Shown one piece after another: positions 51,769 to 64,000 of a stretch of 64,000 bases of DNA. The position numbers were made by a program, and so were the translations under genes. Source of the stretch: Geosiphon pyriformis uo1 (Eukaryota > Fungi > Glomeromycota); assembly GCA_016748015.1 (NCBI GenBank), contig JAAOMT010000436.1, positions 176,703 to 240,702 on the forward strand. The letters run 5' to 3'. Numbering within the stretch: the stretch's first letter is position 1; each line of letters begins with the position of its first letter. The notes under the pieces were generated by a model. That model searched no databases, had not been told where the DNA came from, and saw nothing but the letters and a program-made list of their open reading frames with translations.

Positions 51769-54601
51769 ATGACAAAAACATCAACTTTCATTGAAAGTTC
51801 TTACCATCGTGGAGCCAGCCAATATATTAAAATCATTAATGATTTGAGAAACCTTGGTGCGCAACATGAGGTTGATTTGCCTACTGTCGTGTTTTGTGGA
51901 AATCAGTCCGCTGGAAAGAGTAGTTTACTAGAAGCAATCTCTGGTGTTCAGGTGTTTTGAAAAAGATTCAAATTCTTAGCTGTTTAAATGCTTAAAAATA
52001 GTCGCAATGTCATTTTTTAATTTAAATTGACTTTTATTAAATTTTATTTTATTTTTTTAAAGCTTCCTCGTTCTGACGGGACATGTACACGTTGTGTAAT
52101 GGAAATTCGTTTATCGGCCGACACCTCACCATGGAGGTGTCAAGTGACGCTTCGCCGAGAACACAATGATTTCGACAATAAACCACTTTCAACCACTACA
52201 GTTGTTGGATTCGGCGGGACGATAGATGACCCAGATGATGTTGAATCCATTGCACGTCGAGCGCAAAAAGCTCTTCTCAATCCTAGTCGCGATTCTGCAT
52301 ATTATCTTAATTACGTACCTCCTTCAGATTCGGATAAAGATGTATCCGAAAACGAAATCAAATTTACAAAAAATGTGATTTGTCTTGATATTCAAGGTCC
52401 TGACGTTCCGAATTTAAGTTTGATTGATTTACCTGGGATTATTCGTATGTTTTTGACGTGTTTTTTTGGATTTAGAGAAATTATATTTCTTTGTCATTAC
52501 AGTATGTAGCACCTTAAGAAATTCTCATTTTAAATCTTCGAATCTTTTAGAACATACGGAGAGGACAGAAGATGAAAAGTTTATTGGCTTGATACAAGAT
52601 TTAATACAAAAATACATTCAAAATGAAAAATCTATCATCATTGCAACTATTAGCTGTAAAGATGAAATCGATAATCAAGCTATTGTTACTTTGGCAAAAA
52701 AGGTTGACGAAAAGGGAGTAAGAACTTTGGGTGTTTTGACAAAACCAGATACTATTGAGAGTGGAACACATGGGTGAGAGTTTCTACCAAAGTTTCATCA
52801 GGATCAAAATAAAAAAAGGTGCAGAAATTAGCCTTGACGTATTTACTAATAAAATTTTGTTATTCGTAGAGCGTGGCTAAAAATTATGCGCGGAGAGAAA
52901 CATAAATTGTCATTGGGTTATTATGTTGTCAAAAATCCAAGTCAAGAAGACTTGATGAAACATATTACGTTTCCTAAAGCCAGAAAGGCAGAAAAAGCTG
53001 TATGTATTCTTGAAGCTAAAACTTCCTATAGATGAAAAGTTTGAATTATTCTCTCAGTTTGCTTCGTTACGTCAAAAAATAAATTTGAACTTTTTGGCAA
53101 AATTTAATATCTGTTTTCAAAAATTTAGTTTTTCGAAATGCATGATTCTTGGAAACAATACGAGTTCAAAAACCGAATTGGTGTTGACAATCTACGTGGG
53201 AAGCTGAGTGAACTTCTTATAGAGGGAATTAAAAGAAATTTACCTGCTATTAAGGATGATATTGAAGAAAAATTGATTCAAGTAACTATATTTAGTTTCA
53301 GATTTAACTTATTTATTCGATATTTCTGTCATTCATTAATGAGTAAATTTCCTATATAAAGACTCGAAAAGACCTGGAAAGTATTCCCGAAAAAATCAGT
53401 GACAATCCAAGAATTGAAATATTTCGAATGGCAAAAACATGCGCCTCCAACATTACCGACGAAACCAGAAACGCTAATGAAAAAATTGAATTCTGGCAAA
53501 AAATTGGCCGCGAACTAAGTTATTTCAAATACGATTTATGTTCTACTCGCCCAATTTTTGTTGTAGGGAATTCGGTTCGATTCGATACGTTGGAAGAATT
53601 TGTAAATGTTAGACTTAATACGCAAAGTAAAGATTCTTCTACGTCGGCGGATAGTGATTTAATCAAAAATCTTCTTGAAAAAAACTTGCAAGAAGTGACT
53701 GAAGCAGAGGTTCAACGAAGATTAGATGATTCGAAAGGAAGACTGTTACCTGGTTTCATTCCGTATACAGCAGCGACAACGTTGATTCATGATTTTCAGA
53801 TCAAATGGAAGACACCCTCTGACCAATGTCTTTCAAAGGTTTGCGAAGTACTGACTGAAACGGTAGAGGAAAGATTGACAGAGAGTTTTGGCGCTTTTCC
53901 AAAATTGCTCGAACTCATGCGGTTAGTTGAATGATTCCCTATTTCTACAATCCTGATTTGGAGGTCTATACTATAACGAGATTTTTTCGAATAAAAACTT
54001 ATTTACAAAATATATGAACTTTCTTGGCATTTTCTTCTAAACCTCTCCATATTTTATAAGGGAACATGCTTACATATGGCTTGATAAGTGCAGAATAGAC
54101 ACAATGTCAAAAATGAAGTTTATCTCCAGTATGGAAATTGGGAAGTACCCGTTTACGCTAAACGACTCTGAGATGAGCGAAGAAAAATTGGAATATCTCA
54201 ACGATTTGAAACAAGCCGTGAAAAAGTCGGCGAATTTATCATCGGAAAGAAACAACTCATCAAATTGTTATGATAATTTGGAAGTAATGGCCGCTGTAAT
54301 GTCTTATTTCAAAATATCATTCAAACGGTACGCAGACAATGTTGCCATGACCATAATTCATTCCCTTATCGACCAATTCTCGGACTCTATCGAGGAGAAA
54401 TTACTGGCACCATTTTTCGCTGAGGATAAGAATGATGATGATGATGATGATGATGATGATGTTGATGGTTCATATAAAATTGGGTCGATTAAAGAGTTAG
54501 TCGAGGAGGATAGGTCTATTACTCAATATAGAGAGATTTTGAAGAGTAGAGAAAAGAACTTACACCAACTTCTTACAAAGTTAAATCGGTTTGGTATTTG
54601 A
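51769..54601 (+). CDS. Mx-like dynamin-family large GTPase, 7 exons, ~720 aa
   Basis: G1 GNQSAGKSS, LPRSDGTCTRC, G3 DLPG, G4 LTKPD, stalk motif GRLLPGFIPY, GED-like MAAVMSYFKISFKRYADNV. No PH, TM or targeting peptide seen. Confidence 0.9.
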
Positions 54602-55184
54602 AGCTTGTCTCATATATTTAAAAAACCATTTATAATCATAACACAATTAGAGAATTCTCAGTTTACAACTTCCCGATTCGACGATCACATTCTGGTGTAT
54701 ATCATTCTTACTATAATGCAGCTCAATAAATCTGGGTTCTAAATTTCACCAAAATCTTAGGTTCCGATATATAACAATTGATATGATTAAACATGAAAAC
54801 GAATTTATTTGCTGCATTTGAATCTCTGATCACACTTATAAATAAGCCATAGCTGTTAGAATCCCGATTCCTGTGGTTATTTCTTCAAGGCAATAACGAT
54901 ATTTATCTCGCTACATCCTTCTCTTTGCTTTTTGATCTCGATTCTTAGTCGCACTGCTAATTAGATTTACCTAATAAATTTGGAATAAAAAATAAGATTT
55001 TCTAGTTTCTTTGAGACTCAGTGATTCAGGACTTTATAATAGGTAGATATTTTCAAATGAAAACACTCCTAAAATATCTTAAATAATTGAAAATTCTAAT
55101 TTCTAGGCGATCAAATTTCTGATTATAAGAAATCATATGGCAACAATATTTCCACAAAGATCTTGATTCCAATCCAAAAACTAA

Positions 55185-56422
55185 TTATTGTATTAACCAA
55201 TCTACAATCTCTTCCCAAACTTCAAAGTACAACAAATGTCCTTTCTCTTCAACAAAACATGATTCACAGCCCGGGATATGATCAGCTAAATATCTTCCCA
55301 TCTGTGCAGTTGTACCAATATCCTCCTCTCCTTGCCAAATCTTGCACTTTACACCATCCGAGCTAGATATATGATTTTTATTCTTTGGTTTTCCGATATC
55401 TTCTAACCGGAAACCCCAATCTTTTCCCCATAATGAATACTGGTGACATTCCTCAGTAAATTGACTGCGTGAGTATTGCTCCAGCATACTCTCAATGCAC
55501 ATATGTTCGACTCCAGGCATGTTCTCATAGATCTCTCGATCTGCTGGGGGCCCCTCTAAGACTCCAGCACGCAGCACTGCCACAGGATCACGTACTGCCG
55601 ATCGAGCTTCTAAACGTCCCACTACTGCTAAAAGAAATGGTGAATGTTTGGTGAGCCACCTATTCATCAGAAAAAGCAGTTTTAGGGATAAAAGTAGATT
55701 GTCAATATTTGAAAGAACTTATTACTTTTCGAAATGATTTACCAGGCTAATTTAAATTTCCAAGGCATTCGATCAGTGGCGTGGGGGGTATTATATGGTG
55801 ATATCCCACTGATAATAGCAACTCTCGTTACAAGCGGTTTCAGTAAGGCACCTCCCTCAATGTCTTCACAACTACCCAAAGCATGAGCCAGGGCCAACCC
55901 ATAGGGACCACCAGCAGAATAAGCCATAATGGTAAACTCCCGAATCCCTTTCACTGAGCAAAATTCCTTAACATCATCAGCGAAATCAAGGAAACCTCTT
56001 TTGGCAAATGTGGATAAACCTATGCCTGGCCGTTCTAATACAAAAAAACGAATTCTAATAACATTATTATTATTATTATTATTATTATTGTTATTATTAT
56101 TATGATTTTGTTGGTTTTCTCTAATTTGGGTAAGGACTTTTGGGTGACAGTAGAAACGCGAGCCTGGTAAACCGGGTATGAATAATATGACGCGTTCGCG
56201 CATATCTTTATGTAATGTCTCTTGTTTGGGGACATGTTGAATCGGGTATTCAATGAAACCAAGTAATCTCCCATCTTTTAACTTTATCGTTTCCCCTTCA
56301 GATTTTGGGAAATTGGAGAGAACAAGATCTGGGTATTCTGGCAATTTAGGCTGTTCATTTTCCTTTATATTCCGCTTTTTATCTTTCTTTTGTTGTCTTC
56401 TCGAAGACGAATTATTGCTCAT
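55185..56422 (-). CDS. Alpha/beta-fold hydrolase (2 exons)
   Basis: LKDGRLLGFIEY, PGLPGSR, ERPGIGLS, nucleophile elbow AYSAGG, acid WQGEED, His KGHL. Intron ~55742-55659. Poly-Asn insert. Confidence 0.9.
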
Positions 56423-57524
56423 TGCGTAAACTAAAAGTACAAATTTAATAATTTAACGTAGCTAAAAATGGAAAAATAGATAATTTGTGTATTGAAAAAG
56501 CGTGTAACCAACGGAATATAATAATTAGCAGCGGGTAGTAGATATTCTTTTTCGAAAATAATGGTTCTCTGCTAATGGTAAGCGAAAATTTCATTTGTAA
56601 AAATCTTGCAATGATTTCCCTAATGAATGGGACGAAAGGATTATTATTGAAAAATGGTGTGAAGTGTCGGGAAAGTTGTTGTGCACCTATGCTCGTTTTT
56701 TGTGTTTTGTATCAAAGAATTTGAGCAATTGGTTGCCGCTGATTTCTGATGGCCTCTTTTTTCATGATAACGAAAATAAGGCTTGATATGAGCGAGAAGA
56801 TATTGAATAATAATAGATTACCTATTGAGTCGTTTTTTCTTATCTTTTTTCTTTTTCCCATACCTCTTTTACCTTTTTCACCAAAGAATTACATGGATAT
56901 TTGGATTTAAAATGTTCAAGTCGGCAACAACTTTTTAGTCTTGGGAGGATATTGAAAACGGAATCAAATTTTTAGCTTTCAAGTCCTAAATTTTATCGAT
57001 GGATTACTTTCAAGAACTTTCGACAAAATGAAGGGTGAATGCTCGATTTCAGCAGTCATCAAATTGGGCAAAATATTTTGGCATGCGATTTCTGTATAGC
57101 ATCTTGGGATCAACATCTGACTGTCACAGAATGGCAGACAGGGCTTTATAGTAACAGAAATTAACAAGATGTAAAATAATTTGAACAAAGTGTAGCCGAA
57201 AAAGTCACTTATTAAAAATTAAATTTGTAGCTGGTTGATTTACTATCTTTTTATATTTCAGAAGTCATATAGTACAAGGGGAAAAGATAGTCAGCTCTAT
57301 TAAAATCATTATTACTATGATTATGCGGTCAAGAACCCAAATTTATACGTAGTATTTCACAACTACTTGGCTGTCGTTGCCGCTTTATCTTGTTCCGAGA
57401 CGATTTTTCTAATACAAAATTGAATAAATTGCCTTACCTTTGGAAAACAACTGAGCCTAGTTACCTCCACCTTATTCATAATGCAAAATCATCTTGCTCT
57501 TTTTGTTTTGGTCCCCCAAATGAG

Positions 57525-59201
57525 TTATTCGTTCACATGAAAGAATAACTTTTCACTATCACCACCGGTCGTGAGCAATTTAGCTGACGGATGATAATCT
57601 AGAGAATTAAGCGCGGCTCGGTTTAAGTTGTTTGGAAGTACTCGTGTCCGGTCTTGATTTCCAATAAAGCTTTCTCCAGCTTTCTGGCCTAACTCTAACA
57701 CAGTCGTGGTTCCATCTGTGATAAGATGAATAGCTTAATTGAAGGGCAACATAATTGCAAATAATTTGCAGTGTCTACCTTCGGAGCAGCATATTAAAGT
57801 CTCGGCGCGATTCGGGTGAAACAATATGTCCCAAACTGCTCATAAATAGTTGATCAAGTAAATAAAGGCGCTAATAGTTCCAAAATTATGTTTCATTATG
57901 TCACATGATACCTGAGAGTTTATGAGACTGCAGCTTATCCAGCGGCTTCAGTAAATTTCTGGAGTCCCAAACTGTTACAAAACCATTAGAACTCCCCGTT
58001 GCAACTTGTATCGCCTTGAATAAATCTAAAATCTTAAAAATAAAATTTTCTATTGACTGCTGAGAAGTTCAAAAGCCATACCTGATTTGGATTAACAGCC
58101 ACACAGTTGCATCGATCAAGTGTTCTGAAAATGTATACAATATCAATCAAATAGAATGCTTAAGTTGAAAAGATGTAGAACATGTACCTACCCCTCAGTT
58201 TTTGCAATTGGTGATTGAAGATTTCTTCGATCAAACTTTTTAAGACGTCCGCCACTTGTACCAATAACCTGCAAGTATGGCAGAGCTTTGGTGAGGAAAT
58301 GCAAAACCCCGGATAAAAAATGGCGAATCAAAGTCGGTTGCTAGTTCCGAATTACAATTTCATTTGATGTCGGCCATGCCACCCCATTTATTATACCGGC
58401 ATCTGCTTCTGTTATCAGAGCACATATTATTATCGATCACTAATTAGGATTAAGAAAAGTTCATGGATTCAATTTTTGATAAAAATACTTACGTATGATT
58501 TCAGTCATTCCATCCCCCATTCTCGAAAACACGAGCTTACCATCTTCACCCACACTGGCAATCTCCGGATCATCACTCGTATTTGGCTGGATGGCTAATC
58601 CGGTAGCCGGAATAGATTTGACTGTTGGTAAACTGTGTAATGTTCGACTCGAAATATTTTCGAATTCTATGAGATGTTCCGTCAAGATAGCTGTTCCTAT
58701 ATCGGTATCTTCTTCGATCGGATTTTTAATCTTTTTCCCAGTAACAAAATGTTATGGCATTGATTAGTTAAATGAATGATCCCTAGTCAAAAAAATTTAA
58801 TTATTGACTCAAACCTCTATTAGTCTATAGGCATCTATTGAGCCTTGGGATGAAGCGGTTATGAGAAACTCAGACTCGACAAAACAGATATCTTTAACGT
58901 CTCCTTCTTGCTTCAACTCTCCTAGAATTCTGAAGTCAAACGCATTTACCACTTGATGCAAAGCTGGTGGTTTCTGTTTAGCTCTCCAAAGAGTGATGAC
59001 GTTTTCCTAAGATGAAAATACTTTTTTTTTGGCCACGCATATCATGAAGACCAGTAAAATCTATGCATCAAGAAAGCTAACCTCTTCTTCGTCCCATGTC
59101 CCGCTGGCGAACAAAGGATTAGTATCATCATAGTTTTTTGAAGGGGCGAAACGTACTTTTGATACCTTTCCACCTATTTTTTCAGAGTAGACCGTAGCCA
59201 T
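57525..59201 (-). CDS. NUP43: Nucleoporin Nup43-like WD40 protein, multi-exon
   Basis: KIGGKVSKVRF..FASGTWDEEE-ENVITLW..EGDVKDICF..LITASSQGSI, IASVGEDGKL, CVAVNPNQ..VATGSSNGFVTVWD, SHKLSVWDILFHP..CCSEDG, NSLDY..TGGDSE. These follow the Nup43 motif order. Confidence 0.82.
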
Positions 59202-59804
59202 AAATGCAAAAGGCTTTTAGTCAAGAAAATGATTTTAAAGCTTCTTTACGAGTACTATCTATAAAGAGATTATGAAAGATAATTATGAAAGATAATCAAG
59301 AAAATTTTTATGTTTCCATTTTTTTATTCTTAAAAAATTCATATCTATTAAAAGTTACAAACATCCTTCCAATTACAGAAAGATATTTGTATAATATATA
59401 AAAAATCCTCAATACACCAAGTTCGAAAAAGTATTATTTTTATCTTTAGATTATTCCATCCAAATTATTACTGTAAGGCATGATTTCAAGAGAAAGATTC
59501 TCCACATCCACGATTGATTATTAATTGTGATATTTTCCCTTAGAAAAAAAAAATCCAAAAGTTACATTTATTTATTTGGCAATTGTATTTATATCTACTT
59601 ATAAATTGTTTTTTCGTGACGTGTAATATGAATTAGACAGCAGCTCCTTGGAGTTCGCTTAATATTGGGAGGATCCAAATTCAGGGTGAATCATAAAATT
59701 AAATTTTTAATGTCAATCGCGAGTTAAGCGATTGATAACAAGCACCATTTTAAACTTTTGCTCAGGATTACAACGCGAATACTTGAAAAAATACTACTAC
59801 TTTC

Positions 59805-60888
59805 ATGATGTTGGAAGAAGCCCGAACAACCCCCCTTCGACAGTCTGAGCAAACAGAAACTCAAATGCCACGAAGGCGGAGCCCTAAAAAAACTCCAAGG
59901 AAGCCAAGACGCCCACGACGTTTTTGGTCCGAAGCTGAGACTCGAGATTTATCAAACGCGTGCCTCAAGGTATAGTTAAGAAATTAACCCTGCGAACTTT
60001 TATATAATCTAAATCACTCCATTGTTGTTTCTCGTTTATCTATTTTCATTCTAGCATGGGGTAGGTGCGTGGAAAAAAATGGTCGAGGATCCCGAGTATA
60101 ATTTCTCAAACCGGACTGCTGTTGATCTAAAGGATAAGTTAGTAAAGTCCTCAGCGACTAATTGGAGCCCCTTTTTAAATGAGAAAGGCTTTAAGGGTTT
60201 GAAATATTTAAGGGAATTTATAAAGCGTAAATCAACCATTGACCCCGTTTCCCCTTTGTACTTTGTGTTCATTTATATGAAAATCAGATTCAGAGCAACC
60301 TTTACATCTGATTACAATCGCCTCTATGGTCGTTTCAGCTGCATTTCTGATCAATTCGTCTCTCACGCCAGTTTAGCTTCCGATGAATCGGATGATTCTT
60401 CAACTCAAACTTTTCGTCGCGTTCAGCGCCGTAAAAAGCATTACTTTACCGCCGAGGATGATAAAAAATTGCTTGAAGGTATTGCCAAGGTGAAGATGAA
60501 TATTATCTTTATTGCCCGAAAAATAAATATGATTCGCGTTTCTCAAAGATGATTTTGGCTTATAATTACTCTAACTTTAGTACGGTAGCAATTGGGCCAA
60601 GATTTGTCATGACACAGAAATCGGCTTATCTCATCGGAAAAGTAGTGATTTAAGAGATAGGCATGTCTTCATCATCATTGTGCTTATATTTGCAATGAAA
60701 ATCGTTTGCGTTATGCTTTATTGTGAGAATCATTTTTTCTTCAATGAAATAGAATTCGAAACGCCTATCCAGAAAAGTATGAAGAACTGGGTTTCAGCTT
60801 GGACCTGTGTGTCAACCCTGTTAAGACAAGAGCTAGTCGATCCACCCTCCTTGCACCGATTTTAAAAGAGGAAGAATCTGACAAATAA
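59805..60888 (+). CDS. Double Myb/telobox protein (Tay1/Teb1, TRF-like telomere-repeat-binding factor), 5 exons
   Basis: Myb1 RRFWSEAETRDL..HGVGAWKKM..FSNRTAVDLKDKFR. Myb2 YFTAEDDKKLLEGIAKYGSNWAKI..HRKSSDLRDRIRNAYPEKY. Last intron is GC-AG (60661-60752). Confidence 0.85.
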
Positions 60889-61567
60889 GCATCAAGAGGA
60901 TCTATGAGATTTTTAAAAGCCGACGGTTATCCCCAGTGGTTTGTGATAGCGTGATACTTTTATAATTAACTTTTCCCATAAACACAAGGGTCTTTTACGC
61001 GTCTCTTTTAAGGTAACATCATCTGGATTCTCGAATTTTTAGGAGGGATTTACAAATGTCTTTCAGCGAAAGTATATTCTCGAAAAAGATCACCTTATTA
61101 AAAACTTTCTATTTGCTTGGAGCAAAATGTATAGAAATTGAGAATCCTAAACTTGACTTTTGGAACCAACGATAATCTTTGTTGCTTGCCTTCAGTGTAA
61201 TGTGCAGGGAATAACGCGTCTTTGCTTGCGCCACCTAAACTTATTATGACTAAACCAAAACCTGCACACCGTAATCAATTATCAGATTATAAGCCCATAT
61301 TCCCCTTTTTTTTTGATTCCGACCAATTGTATATTAGCGTCTTAAAGTTTGGAGGATCTCTTAAAGAAAGACATGTAGATTTAGTTACGATCTTTTTTTA
61401 TTGCTTATTATGATATATAAATAACAATTCAATCCAAATTTTAAATTATTTTGTTATAAAATATAAGGTAAAAGAGGCATACTTTCACGCGTCTTATTCT
61501 CGCACGCCACAATACCCACTTTTACCTTTTAATAATTAAAAAGAGGTCTTCACAGTTACTTCTAAAA

Positions 61568-63114
<1,547 letters not shown>

Positions 63115-63283
63115 AGTAATTAAATTTCAAAATGGAAAATCCTTTTAATTTCTGTAAGTTGGTCTAGCGCCGACTTTTATAATTTTATTAAAAACTTTAA
63201 ATTTTTGAATGAAAACTTTTCCCAGGAAATTTTGTATGTCTCAGCAAATTGCAATTTGAGCACCAAAGCCTAATCGCTGGGAA

Positions 63284-64000
63284 CTAATCCTTTGAGGAGA
63301 GAGCGGTGACTCCTGGTAATTCTTTTCCTAGTTATATAAAGGAAGTTAGCACACCCATGGACAAATTCAAGTCTGGTAAATTAAGTTTACCTTCCAGTAA
63401 CTCGAGAGAGGCTCCACCACCCGTAGATACGTGTGAAACTTTATCCTCAGCACCCCACTTAGCTGCTGCTGTTGCTGTATCCCCACCACCAATAATAGTC
63501 GTCGCTCCATTTTGAGTTGCTTGAATCACTGCATCTAGGGCATATTTGGTACCCCCGGCAAATTTTTCAAACTCGAACACCCCGCTCGGACTATATAAAA
63601 TAGATTTTTTCAATGTGAATATGTAGGATACAGCAACAAATAGATATAACATATTGATTACCCACCCGTTCCACAGGATAGTCTTCGATTTTAAAATTGT
63701 TTCCTTGAAAAGTATATTTGATTTCTCACCAGAATCAAGGCCAAACCATCCATCCGGAATACCGGTTCCATCAGTGGCATAGCCCGTCTACGAGTAAAAA
63801 TTAATTAGTTTCCTGAAAATGCATTAAATTCAGAATTGATATTTTATTGCATACGTTGGCATCCTTGTCAAATTTATCTGCGGTGATATAATCAACCGGA
63901 AAAACCAATTCTACGTTCTTGCTCTTAGCCTTGTCCACCAAATGATCAACATTTTCGGCCCCGTCTTTATCAAACAAGGAATTTCCAATCTAAAATGACT
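63284..64000 (-). CDS. PGK1: Phosphoglycerate kinase, 3' part (5' end outside window)
   Basis: [57 protein letters not shown]|[14 protein letters not shown]. Confidence 0.97.

Overview
Intron-rich, AT-rich fungal nuclear DNA. It is most likely Glomeromycotina/Mucoromycota, and the LINE family recalls Geosiphon pyriformis (inference from memory, not a search result). About 21 spliced or single-exon genes are present: RPA2, single-chain ATP-citrate lyase, an S/T-rich membrane protein, a DUF6787-like protein, LSM12, a TCO89-domain protein, a TPR-like protein, metacaspase, CMC4, AIM18/46-like, PRO1, URM1, a LisH/CTLH-WD40 protein, a low-complexity orphan, COX12, an Mx-like dynamin GTPase, an alpha/beta hydrolase, NUP43, a Tay1/Teb1-like telobox protein, TRM61 and the 3' part of PGK1. 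URM1 and COX12 are missing from the ORF track and were assembled by hand. The gene blocks are separated by extremely AT-rich islands that read as hypermutated transposon relics. The main observations are: (1) a U12-type AT-AC minor-spliceosome intron in LSM12; (2) staged C>T/G>A erosion of repeats, from a young LINE with four transition-type stops to an almost G/C-free LINE ORF1 ghost and a transition-diverged inverted repeat, suggesting a RIP-like or methylation-driven genome defence; (3) an Mx-type antiviral-like GTPase; (4) a deletion-collapsed TUP1 pseudogene; (5) NUP43, usually described as absent from fungi. Exon boundaries were read by eye and base-composition figures are estimates.
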